Of a stretch of 64,000 nt of DNA, positions 8,745-17,691 are shown piece after piece. How positions within the stretch are numbered: position 1 is the first letter of the stretch; each line of letters starts with the position of its first letter. This DNA comes from Ignavibacteria bacterium (GTDB lineage Bacteria; Bacteroidota; Ignavibacteria; Kapaibacteriales; UBA4661): contig JAAFIV010000019.1 of NCBI GenBank assembly GCA_013298775.1, positions 25,290-89,289 of the forward strand. The letters are read 5' to 3'. The notes below the pieces were generated by a model. It was not told where the DNA came from and did no database searches. It saw only the letters and a list, made by a program, of their open reading frames with translations. A program made the translations under genes and the position numbers.

Positions 8745-9872
8745 TTGCACCGCGTTAATTCGCCCTTCTTTTCTGAACTGTTTGTCTTTTGTATGATTTT
8801 GTCCGTTGAAAAAACAACGCTGGTGCGCGTATTGGTGCGCTCTATGAACTTTTTTGTCGAATTTTCATTTTGCGCCTTCACTTGCGTAATGATGCTTGTT
8901 TTCGCTCATATTACCAAAGCTCAAGCGCAAAGCCCCACGCCAAGCGCAATAGCAACCAACGCAATAGCGACCAGCACAACAGCGACCAGTACCATAAAAT
9001 CCGCCCTTCTCAAGCAACTCCAGCGCGGTGACACCGAGTACAGGGTGCGCCTCACTAGTGGCGATATACTTTCTGGCAAAGTGCTAGAGGTTTTAGAGCA
9101 ATCGGCGGGTACGTCCATATCAGCATCCATGCCAGAAGAAGGCATTGTTTTAGAAACCTCGCTGGGAAAATTGACTATTTTTTTGAGCGAGATTAGCGAG
9201 ATTATTCCGCGCCGCTCTGCGTATCGGCACAATCACCGTGCGTACATCATGCCGACCGCCGAACCTATTGGGAATAATCACTTTATTGGCTTGTGGGAAT
9301 TGATATTTGCCTATGCGGGAGCAGGAATCGGCGATGTGGTTTCTCTCACGGGCGGTCGCACGCTGGTTCCGTTCTTGTCCGGCGACGAACAAGCGACGCT
9401 GGTAAATGTAAAAATCACTCCGTATGTCTTCGAGCTTGATGAGAGCGGGAACCGCTTATTTACTTGTGTTGGCGGCAATTTTGCGCTCGCAAATACGGCG
9501 AATCAGTTTTGGCACGCGTACGTAGGAGCAACCTTCAAAGGTGCGCGGTCGAGCATTACGGGACACGTTTTTTACAAGGTCAATGAACCCAGTACGTACA
9601 GAATTCGTGCAGGGAATTTCTTAGATTTTACTGCTCGCTACCCCGCATCAACACTGGGCATTGGTGCTGCTCTGGACACGCGCATCGGCGACCGCCACGA
9701 CATGCACTTTATCGGCGAACTCTGGAATGCAAACGTGCTGCAACCCAGCGCAACTGCTATTCTTCTCGGTCTCCGCCTCAGTAATACTGCCGTTTCTATG
9801 GATGCGGGGCTTGCTATTTTCACCCAACCGTTTGTTTTTCCTTTTGTCAGTTTTGCGTGGACACCGTTTTGA
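8745..9872 (+). CDS. Hypothetical secreted or outer-membrane protein (true start probably further downstream)
   Basis: Long ORF; AQAQ signal cleavage-like site, Thr/Ser linker, beta-rich C-terminus ending in F. Confidence 0.65.
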   Translation: MHRVNSPFFSELFVFCMILSVEKTTLVRVLVRSMNFFVEFSFCAFTCVMMLVFAHITKAQAQSPTPSAIATNAIATSTTATSTIKSALLKQLQRGDTEYRVRLTSGDILSGKVLEVLEQSAGTSISASMPEEGIVLETSLGKLTIFLSEISEIIPRRSAYRHNHRAYIMPTAEPIGNNHFIGLWELIFAYAGAGIGDVVSLTGGRTLVPFLSGDEQATLVNVKITPYVFELDESGNRLFTCVGGNFALANTANQFWHAYVGATFKGARSSITGHVFYKVNEPSTYRIRAGNFLDFTARYPASTLGIGAALDTRIGDRHDMHFIGELWNANVLQPSATAILLGLRLSNTAVSMDAGLAIFTQPFVFPFVSFAWTPF

Positions 9873-10002
9873 AATTGCGAATGTGAATGAGAATCTCACT
9901 TCACGCATACCACCGCGTTGTCCTCACCCCTCGCTGTGCGAGACCCTCTCCCAAAGGGCGAGGGTTCATAGAAACTAGCTCTAAAGCCCTCTCCTTCTAG
10001 GA

Positions 10003-10222
10003 GCTAATAAGGGTAAGCATTCCAGAAGGCACATAAAAACTGATGTTCTGTGTGAGGGTCTGACTTCTTCGTCAGGCTCTCACTTTCTTCACGAAGGAAG
10101 TGAGAGCCTCAATAAGAATTGAGACCCTCACGCCCGGTGTAAAATCTTAGTCTTGTATTTTCGATGTATTTTCATAAACACGAGATTTTATTAGGCTTAC
10201 AATAACACCTACCCTTGTCAGC
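10003..10222. mobile_element. 220-bp MITE-like insertion with IS1595-like ends, carrying a family B doublet
   Basis: Imperfect TIR GCTAATAAGGGTAAG / CCTACCCTTGTCAGC; imperfect flanking duplication CTTCTAGGA / CCTCTGGGA (7/9). Confidence 0.6.
10052..10131. repeat. Family B REP-like doublet (B1)
   Basis: GTGAGGGTCTGAC-ttcttc-GTCAGGCTCTCAC plus inverted GTGAGAGCCTCAA-taagaa-TTGAGACCCTCAC. Confidence 0.88.
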
Positions 10223-10282
10223 CCTCTGGGAGAGGGCTGGGTGAGGGTGGTGTACATAAGGTGAATTACAACATAAACAATC

Positions 10283-11095
10283 TTACTTCGCTGCTGTTTT
10301 TACCAACGCCGCGCTACCACCATTCACTCGCAAAGGACCAACCTCAACACCTGTTCCTTGCTCGTTTTGTGCCATTTGTCCCTCGTGGGCGATACGCTCA
10401 ATAATAAAATTCTGACGCGTAATTGTATTCTGCACTTTCACCGTGCGCTCTGCGCCGTACACCACATACTCTGCGGCATTGCTGCCTGTTTTCTCGATAA
10501 ATGCTGATTCCAACGAGACTTTCAGTGTGTAAGCGGAATTATACCGTAAGTGGTCGAAAGCGTAGTAACCACGCGCATCCGTTGTGGTAACGATGCCATT
10601 GCCCAAGCTCACCCGCACGTTTGCTGCACCAACATTGCGATTGTCAGCAAAGGCGACACGCCCGCAAACGACGTATTCACCGCGCTCCACGCTGATTATT
10701 GGCAAATGGACATCGTGTCCGCGCAGCATAATTGTTTGTGTGGAAATGAGGTCGTTACTGCCTTCGGCAAGAATTTGCACGGTGTATTTTCCATTCATCA
10801 CGTTGGTAATATTGAAAAATCCTTTGCTATCGAGTTTTACGCTCAAATCCATTTCCGCAATACGCACCACAACGCCCGTCATTGCTTCGTTCTCCGTGCC
10901 TGCTGCTATCACTCGACCAATAATATTATTTCCCATTACGACTGGAAAAACAGGACGCTGCTGCGCATGAGTGGGCGTGGTAAAAAAATGAATACTTGTC
11001 CAAACAAAAGCAATGGTGCGAAGTATCGCCCACGCCATTTTTGCAGCATGGAAAATGTTGTTATTTGAGCGGCGAGAGTTTGTGAGCGTTGTCAT
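10283..11095 (-). CDS. Secreted protein with two carboxypeptidase-regulatory-like (Ig-like) domains
   Basis: Signal peptide ending THA-Q; IIGRVIAA...KGFFNITNV..GKYTV; VCGRVAF...TTTDARGYYAF. Confidence 0.75.
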   Translation of the reverse strand: MTTLTNSRRSNNNIFHAAKMAWAILRTIAFVWTSIHFFTTPTHAQQRPVFPVVMGNNIIGRVIAAGTENEAMTGVVVRIAEMDLSVKLDSKGFFNITNVMNGKYTVQILAEGSNDLISTQTIMLRGHDVHLPIISVERGEYVVCGRVAFADNRNVGAANVRVSLGNGIVTTTDARGYYAFDHLRYNSAYTLKVSLESAFIEKTGSNAAEYVVYGAERTVKVQNTITRQNFIIERIAHEGQMAQNEQGTGVEVGPLRVNGGSAALVKTAAK

Positions 11096-11441
11096 GGCGG
11101 CATCTCCGAAAAAAACTGTGTAAAAAGAAGTTGAATGCGAATCGTGTGAAGAATACCTGCGTTGTTTAGGCGTTGAATGCTATTGCTTGAGTATTCTTGG
11201 TACAAAAATGCAGGAAATGGCGTGAAGAAACATCTGCCCAATGGTCAGGACTTTCTCTACCAAAACGTCATACAGGAATTGGTGTGCGGATGATATACGC
11301 GGATTGCGTAGGAAGGATGAATTGTAAAAAAATCTCTTGGATGCAAGCGGTGTTTGCGTGTAACTTACAGAGATTTTCTGTCAGGTTTTTCCGTACTTTT
11401 TGGCTTGATTTCTCTTTGTAAACGAAACATTTTCCTCAGTA

Positions 11442-11517
11442 GTGACACAGACATTCTTGTCTGTGAGCGTAGGCGTGGGACTCAGGACAGAAACACAGAC
11501 AAGAATATCTGTGCCAC
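11442..11517. repeat. Family A REP doublet (A1)
   Basis: GTGACACAGACATTCTTGTCTGTG, 28-bp spacer, then CACAGACAAGAATATCTGTGCCAC. Confidence 0.9.
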
Positions 11518-11617
11518 TAAATCCTGATTCTACCTGCTTCTCAGATGTTTTGTTCTGTGCAAAACGCATTTCCTTTATCGTTCAATTCCTTCATCTCCCC
11601 TTTACCTTTTTTATCGC

Positions 11618-14041
11618 ATGCGCAACTTTTTACTGCTTCTCGTCGCACTGTTTTTGTGCATTCTTCCTGATAGCTCATTTGCTCAAAACCGCTCCAATAC
11701 TCGCTTCGATGATGAGCATTTCCTGAAAGCACGTATCTATTTTCAAGAACATTTCGACCTCGAAGCTGCCGAAGAATGCGGCGTAGAAGTGGAGCATAGT
11801 GTGATAAAAGGTAAACTCTATGTGGAAGGTGTTATTAGCCGAACAACGCTCCAGACCTTGCGTTCAAGGAATGTGCGTGTACAGGTGCTTGTGGAAGATG
11901 CCGCAAAAGAAGCGGAAGACCGCGCTGCACGCTACTTTCAGCGCACAAGCAAAGGAACCGCTCAAGATGCCAACAACAACACCCCGCGTAATTTCAAACT
12001 CGGCAGCATGGCAGGCTTTTTTCGATTGACCGAAATTTATGGAGAATTTGCGAAGATGCGCGAAATGTTTCCCCGCTTTGTCAGCGCACCAGAAGCAATT
12101 GGAACATCGGTGGAAGGCTCACCAATTCAGGCGTATAGGATTTGCTCGGCAGAGGCAGTAAACGAGAAAAAACCTGAAATTCTCTACACCTCGCTTCACC
12201 ATGCGCGGGAGCCAGGTGGCGCGGCATCGCTTATTTACTACGCATGGTGGCTGTTGGAGCAAGCGGCAGATGGCAATGTGGAAGCGCAATATTTGCTGAA
12301 TAATCGGCAGCTCTACATTGTTCCAGTCGTAAATCCCGATGGATATTCGTGGAATCAAAGCACGAATCCCAATGGTGGCGGGATGTGGCGCAAAAATCGT
12401 CGGATGAATCAAGATGGTTCGTATGGCGTGGATTTGAACCGTAATTACGGCACAAGCACCTTCTGGAACGCACCAAATAATGGTTCTTCCACAAATCCGC
12501 GCAGCGATACCTATCGCGGGACTGAACCGTTCTCCGAGCCAGAAACACAGGCGTTGCGCGACTTCTGCGAGCGTCGGGCATTCCGCACCGCGATTAACTT
12601 TCACACCTTTAGCAATTTGCTCATTTACCCGTACTCCTACATTGACCGCGAAACCCCTGATTCTACCTACTTTCGCGCCCTCACGGCTGAAATCACCAAA
12701 GACAATTTATACTCCGCCGGACGCGACCTGCAAACCGTCGGCTACGCCGTGCGCGGTGGCTCGGATGATTGGATGTATGCGGGTTTGAGCGGTGGTCGAA
12801 AAATTATGTCCTACACTCCAGAAGTTGGCACGCCTGACGACGGTTTCTGGCCCTCGCCAGACCGCATTATTCCTCAATGTGCTGAGAATCTTTCCACCAA
12901 TCGCTTGACAGCCTGGAGTGCGGCGGTGAATCTGCGTCCCGTTCAGAGCTATGTTCGCGAGAACCCGCAATCAGGTTTGGCGCGGCTTGTAGTGGAGGTT
13001 CAGAATATCGGCATTCAAGATGCACAGGAAACCTCAAGTCTCTCGGCGCGAGCATTGGTGCGAGGTGTGAGCTTTATCCGCTCTGAGCGAAGCATTCGTG
13101 CGCTGCGCTCGACGGAGCTTGTGCGCGAGGTGTTTGAGATGGCGTTCGATTCTACCATCAAAAACGGCACAATTATTCCTACGGAAATTATCATTACGCA
13201 AGAGCGAACACCGCGCCGCGACACGGTTTTGGTGCAAGTGCGCGAAGCAGAGCGAGTGAATCTTTTTAGCGAAACAAAGGACACGGACAAGTGGCAATTA
13301 GGACGCTGGGCAGCCGTAACCGACGCACTCACAGGCTCGCCAGCACTGACCGACAGTCCGCAAGGTTTTTATCGTTCAAACGACAATAATTTTGTGCAGC
13401 TTTCACGTCGGGTCAGTTTGGCGGGCTTGCGTGCGGCGACGTTGGAATATCAAACGCGCTGGTCGGTGGAATCTAACGGTGACCTAGCAGTGGTGCAGGT
13501 TTCCGACGATAATGGCATCTCGTGGCGATACGTGCGCACATCGCTCATGAAGCCGGGCGTGTCTGTGCCAGGCGTGGGCGAGCAAGGTTTTGGGTACGAT
13601 GGCAACTTCCCGCAATGGATTCGCCAAGAATACCCACTTGATGCGTGGTTGGGACGCGATGTGCTGATTCGCTTTGGTATTATTTCCGATAACGCTGCGG
13701 TGTTCGATGGCATGTACGTCCGCGATGTGGCTCTGCGTCTGTATCGGGATTCGCTGTCGTCGCGTGGCGCGAGCAATACGCTTCAAGCACCGCGCCTTGC
13801 TCCAAACACGATTGAGCTGGGAAATGAAATTCGCATAGACCTACCGCTCATGAGCGTGGACACGCCTGTTGATGTGCGCCTTGTGAATACAATTGGTCAG
13901 CAGGTGATTCTCCTGACGGGCATCAACGCGGCGAATGACGGGACAATTTTCCTACCAACAAGCACACTTTCACGAGGCATGTACATCGCTGAAATTCGCA
14001 TGGGAGCAAGTCTGACGAGAGAAAGAGTGTTGCTAAAATGA
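11618..14041 (+). CDS. Secreted M14 zinc carboxypeptidase (carboxypeptidase T-like) with C-terminal beta domains and T9SS-type sorting domain
   Basis: HARE, NPDGY, WRKNR, GVDLNRNY, PFSEPET, NFHT, YTPEVG; C-terminal APN...VNTIGQQV...LSRGMYIAEI. Confidence 0.9.
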   Translation: MRNFLLLLVALFLCILPDSSFAQNRSNTRFDDEHFLKARIYFQEHFDLEAAEECGVEVEHSVIKGKLYVEGVISRTTLQTLRSRNVRVQVLVEDAAKEAEDRAARYFQRTSKGTAQDANNNTPRNFKLGSMAGFFRLTEIYGEFAKMREMFPRFVSAPEAIGTSVEGSPIQAYRICSAEAVNEKKPEILYTSLHHAREPGGAASLIYYAWWLLEQAADGNVEAQYLLNNRQLYIVPVVNPDGYSWNQSTNPNGGGMWRKNRRMNQDGSYGVDLNRNYGTSTFWNAPNNGSSTNPRSDTYRGTEPFSEPETQALRDFCERRAFRTAINFHTFSNLLIYPYSYIDRETPDSTYFRALTAEITKDNLYSAGRDLQTVGYAVRGGSDDWMYAGLSGGRKIMSYTPEVGTPDDGFWPSPDRIIPQCAENLSTNRLTAWSAAVNLRPVQSYVRENPQSGLARLVVEVQNIGIQDAQETSSLSARALVRGVSFIRSERSIRALRSTELVREVFEMAFDSTIKNGTIIPTEIIITQERTPRRDTVLVQVREAERVNLFSETKDTDKWQLGRWAAVTDALTGSPALTDSPQGFYRSNDNNFVQLSRRVSLAGLRAATLEYQTRWSVESNGDLAVVQVSDDNGISWRYVRTSLMKPGVSVPGVGEQGFGYDGNFPQWIRQEYPLDAWLGRDVLIRFGIISDNAAVFDGMYVRDVALRLYRDSLSSRGASNTLQAPRLAPNTIELGNEIRIDLPLMSVDTPVDVRLVNTIGQQVILLTGINAANDGTIFLPTSTLSRGMYIAEIRMGASLTRERVLLK

Positions 14042-14067
14042 CGCAGCACGTCTATTCAAGCACAATT

Positions 14068-14212
14068 GTAACTGGTCAGGTCTTCTGTCGGGCGGCTGAG
14101 GAGTGCTTGAACGCTGCCCATCCGGCGGGTAGGTCGCTTGCACAGCACTCGCCGGACGGGCTACTGCGCTTGTAATAACAGCCGCCCGACGAGATAGTAT
14201 CTGACCGGTTAC
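14068..14212. mobile_element. 145-bp MITE, family C, IS66-like ends
   Basis: TIR GTAACTGGTCAGGT / ATCTGACCGGTTAC; perfect 8-bp flanking direct repeat GCACAATT at 14060-14067 and 14213-14220. Confidence 0.88.
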
Positions 14213-14249
14213 GCACAATTATCCTTGAATTCACGACTACCAAATTTCT

Positions 14250-15239
14250 ATGAATCTTCACCTTGAGCGATTTCCAAATGCGCAGATGAACAATGCCGAA
14301 TGGGACGATTTTGTGCGCTCTTCAGCCAATGGCACAATTTTTCATTTGCGGAAATTTCTGGCGTATCATCCCGAGGGACGCTTCACTGACCATTCGCTGT
14401 TGTTTACGCGCAAGGGCAAGGTGCAAGCAATCATGCCATCGGTGGAATGGCTCATAGATAAAGAAAAAACCTTATTTTCGCATCGGGGCGCGTCGTTTGG
14501 CGGCTTGGTGTATGAAGAATGCAGTATTCAAGACGCAATTGACTGGGTGCAAGCCTTGAAGCACTATGCGCGGCAGCAGAATTTTCGCCGTATCATGCTC
14601 ACGCTCCCACCGCAGCAATACAACCGCACTGCCAGCAATTACCTTGAGTTCGCGCTCGTGCAAGCAGGTTTTCGGTATCAAAAGCGAGAATTGACCGCTA
14701 TTGTACAGCTTCCAATGAAAATAAATACGACCGAAGAGCAAGCAGATATTTTTCAACTCTTCAAGCCCGAAGCCCGCACTGCTACACGCAAAGCTCGGAA
14801 AATGGGTGTGGAAATTCGCGCTTCGCAGGATTTCGCAGCGTACTACGAGATTTTATCGCATAACTTGATGATGCGCCACAATGCCACGCCAACACACACG
14901 TTGCAGGAATTGGAATACCTCGCCGCCGCATTTCCCAATAACATCACGCTCCACGCTGCATACCTTGAAGGGCGCATGATTGCTGGCGTTGTGAACTTTG
15001 TGGCAAATCCGCGCACGGTGATTGCGTTTTACATCAGCGACAACAAGGAATTCCAAGAAGTTCGCGCTCTCAATTTGCTGTTCTACGAGATTTTTGCTCA
15101 GTATGCGCAGCAAGGAATTACATGGTACGATTTCGGCACCTTCACGCTCAACATGGAGCCAAATCTGGGCTTGGGGCGTTTTAAGGAATCTTTCGGGGCG
15201 CATGGCGTGTTCCGCGATACGTTGGAGATATTATTGTAA
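14250..15239 (+). CDS. GNAT/FemAB-like acetyltransferase family protein
   Basis: WDDFVRSSANGTIFHLRKFLAYH, SHRGASFGG, YDFGT, GLGRFKESFGA. Confidence 0.8.
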   Translation: MNLHLERFPNAQMNNAEWDDFVRSSANGTIFHLRKFLAYHPEGRFTDHSLLFTRKGKVQAIMPSVEWLIDKEKTLFSHRGASFGGLVYEECSIQDAIDWVQALKHYARQQNFRRIMLTLPPQQYNRTASNYLEFALVQAGFRYQKRELTAIVQLPMKINTTEEQADIFQLFKPEARTATRKARKMGVEIRASQDFAAYYEILSHNLMMRHNATPTHTLQELEYLAAAFPNNITLHAAYLEGRMIAGVVNFVANPRTVIAFYISDNKEFQEVRALNLLFYEIFAQYAQQGITWYDFGTFTLNMEPNLGLGRFKESFGAHGVFRDTLEILL

Positions 15240-15245
15240 CATTCT

Positions 15246-16124
15246 ATGAAGCACGCATCACATCACGCTTCTGCCACCGAAACAAAACGCCTCGCGCTCC
15301 TCATTGAGTACGACGGTACGCGCTATGCGGGTTGGCAGAGGCAACCGCAGATTGCTAGTATTCAAGGCATTTTGGAAGATGTTTGTCAAGCAACATTTTG
15401 GGAAGAAAGTGAAGGAATCGCTACGCCAACATTTGTCATAAATGGCTCAGGGCGCACCGATGCTGGTGTTCACGGGCGTGGGCAAGTTGCGCACGTGGAT
15501 ATTCCCATAGAAAATCGTATTGCGGAGGAGAAAATTGCGCGGGCATTGAATGCGCGTTTACCAATGGATATTCGCATTCGCGCAGCAAAAATTGTGGATG
15601 TTGGCGTAAATACAAGAGAACGCTTCCACGCCAGATTTGGTGCGCGTCGCAGGGAATATCGCTACAATCTTTTGGAAGACTATACAGTCTTTCGCACACG
15701 CTATGCATGGCACGTGCGACAATCCTTGCAAACCGCATTGTTACAAGAGACTGCGAATATTTTTTGTGGCAAACACAATTTTACGAGCTTTTCCAAACAT
15801 AATCCTGCGACCGAAAATTACGTTTGCACGGTGCTAGAAAGCGCGTGGAACGAGGTAGAACCAGGCGCGTGGCAATACACGATTGTCGCCGACCGCTTTG
15901 TGTATGGCATGGTGCGGTGTATCGTAGGAGCAAGTATTGATGCGGCTTTGGGAAAACGGAGCATTGAAGAGCTTCGCACGGCACTTGCGGCGGAAAACCG
16001 TGAGTTGTCAAGTCCGCTCGCGCCGCCAGAGGGACTTATTCTCTGGAGTGTGCGCTATGAAGAAGGGCGCGACCCGTTTGCGGAATTGTATGAGAATGAA
16101 GTACCAATGCGGGTTTTAGGGTGA
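15246..16124 (+). CDS. truA: tRNA pseudouridine(38-40) synthase TruA
   Basis: IEYDGTRYAGWQRQ, GRTDAGVH, FHARF, FVYGMVR, APPEGL. Confidence 0.95.
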   Translation: MKHASHHASATETKRLALLIEYDGTRYAGWQRQPQIASIQGILEDVCQATFWEESEGIATPTFVINGSGRTDAGVHGRGQVAHVDIPIENRIAEEKIARALNARLPMDIRIRAAKIVDVGVNTRERFHARFGARRREYRYNLLEDYTVFRTRYAWHVRQSLQTALLQETANIFCGKHNFTSFSKHNPATENYVCTVLESAWNEVEPGAWQYTIVADRFVYGMVRCIVGASIDAALGKRSIEELRTALAAENRELSSPLAPPEGLILWSVRYEEGRDPFAELYENEVPMRVLG

Positions 16125-16136
16125 AGACTTTGTAGC

Positions 16137-16180
16137 AACCCGCCGGACAGCGACAAAGCCGCTTGGGCGGGACAATGCCT
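16137..16180. repeat. Fragment of family C right arm
   Basis: aacccgccggacagcgacaaagccgc resembles 4816-4841. Confidence 0.45.
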
Positions 16181-16205
16181 GTATCATCCCTCAAAATCAA
16201 GATTC

Positions 16206-16276
16206 CCCAATAATGCCAGTAATCGCAGTAATGCCAGTAATCCCAGTAATCTCACAACATCCCAGTAATCCCAGTG
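16206..16276. repeat. 9-bp tandem repeat (CCCAGTAAT consensus) x~7
   Basis: cccaataat gccagtaat cgcagtaat gccagtaat cccagtaat ... cccagtaat cccagtg. Confidence 0.85.
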
Positions 16277-17005
16277 CGCTTTCCCGATTTTTCCAACATC
16301 AAACAAACACTTCTTTCCATTGCCGAAATTCTGCTGGCAATGAGCGGCGTGGTAGTACGGCGTATGACCCTTCTACGGGGCGCATCGTTGCTGGTTTCAG
16401 TGGGATTGTATCTGTGGTGTTTGCAGCATAATAGCTTCACGCTTGCGGTATGGTATTTTGCCATTGCGACGGTCTTTCACTACATCGTTCTTTTTGGAAT
16501 GTTTGCCGAAACGTCGTTCTCGCAGCCTTGGTCAAAGGGTTTGATTGCTCGCTTTGGCGAGGAGCGCGGCTTTCGCATTGCTGAGGCGTGGATGACACTG
16601 GTGTTTTTTCACAATGGCGCAAGTACGAGCCTGATGGTGAGCGCGAGTGCGGCACAGGGACTGGATTTTCTGCCCGCATGGGCGTGTAGCCTTGTTGGAA
16701 TCGGGCTTTCGTGTGTGGGCTTGCCGGTAAAAATTTGGGCAACAATGATTGTCGGCATTGACACGTACTATTACCGCGACCTGTTTTTGCGCCGTCCCTT
16801 GGGGGAATTTCAAGCGCGTGGTCCGTATAAAATTTTTGCCAATCCGATGTACGGCATTGGGCATCTGCACGGTTATGGCACGGCTCTTGTTGCGGCTTCC
16901 TTGCCCGCGCTCGTGATTGTGGCAATCAATCAAGCCTGTGTGTGGCTATTTTACGTGACGGTCGAGCGTCCGCACGTGCGCAAGATATTTGCGGAAACAA
17001 CATAA
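16274..17005 (+). CDS. Membrane protein, PEMT/ICMT-like methyltransferase family
   Basis: Multiple TM segments; YYYRDLF, RGPYKIFANPMY, VERPHVRKIF. Confidence 0.75.
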   Translation: MRFPDFSNIKQTLLSIAEILLAMSGVVVRRMTLLRGASLLVSVGLYLWCLQHNSFTLAVWYFAIATVFHYIVLFGMFAETSFSQPWSKGLIARFGEERGFRIAEAWMTLVFFHNGASTSLMVSASAAQGLDFLPAWACSLVGIGLSCVGLPVKIWATMIVGIDTYYYRDLFLRRPLGEFQARGPYKIFANPMYGIGHLHGYGTALVAASLPALVIVAINQACVWLFYVTVERPHVRKIFAETT

Positions 17006-17119
17006 ACGCCGCATTTTCAAGAGCTTCAAAGAAAAGCCTTTGACCGATTGGGAAAACGTTTGTAGATTACGATGCTATTAGTATTCTCGTATTCCCATAG
17101 CTCATATCTCCAGCATATT

Positions 17120-17614
17120 ATGGCATATACCTTTCCCATAGAGCTTTACACGGATATAGAAAATTCCGTTGGCAAAGAAGTGGCGCGTTCTGTGGCTATT
17201 TCGGTGGAACGGATTGCATCAGAATTGCAACAACAAGCGGATATTCTCAGCATCCAGAAAAAAGCTGAAATACGTGAAGAATTGCGCACGGAATTAGCTT
17301 CTAAAGCTGATATCGCCTTGCTGAAAGCAGAGATGAATACTCTTCGTGCAGAAACCAAAGCAGATATAGCGGCTTTACGTACAGAACTTAAAACAGAAAT
17401 AAGCGAATTACGTGCAGAAACAAGGGCGGAAGCGGCTTCAATTCGTGGCGATATGCGCGCCCTTGAACAAAAACTGCTCGGCGAAATCAAAGCATCTGAA
17501 GCGCGGCTCGACCGCAAATTTAGTATTCTGATGGTAATTATGATTGTGTCGGTATATTTAACCAATCAAAGCACTATTTCTTTTGTTTTGCGTGTGTTTG
17601 GCATTTTGAAATAG
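17120..17614 (+). CDS. Coiled-coil protein with C-terminal TM (DUF1640/CCDC90-like)
   Basis: ELASKADIALLKAE...TKADIAALRTELKTEISELRAE repeats followed by a hydrophobic C-terminal helix. Confidence 0.7.
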   Translation: MAYTFPIELYTDIENSVGKEVARSVAISVERIASELQQQADILSIQKKAEIREELRTELASKADIALLKAEMNTLRAETKADIAALRTELKTEISELRAETRAEAASIRGDMRALEQKLLGEIKASEARLDRKFSILMVIMIVSVYLTNQSTISFVLRVFGILK

Positions 17615-17691
17615 ATTGAAATAGAAACGGGCGGTGCATCTTCACGCATCCCCAAACCCTACAAATCGCATAAAACCTTGTTTTATAGAGT

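Larger units (their letters stand above)
9922..10247. repeat. Family D palindrome (CCTCACCCC...CCCTCTCCC / GGGAGAGGG...GTGAGGG) interrupted by a 220-bp insertion
   Basis: Aligns with the uninterrupted copy at 50490-50591. Confidence 0.75.

Noticed and set aside
11442-11726. ORFs containing MxQTFLSVSV or SGTDILVC (e.g. 11442, 24493, 34461, 39143, 58853) and N-terminal extensions of uvrA, ilvE and the glycosyltransferase
   Set aside because: These are translations of family A repeats; starts were moved to the downstream ATGs.
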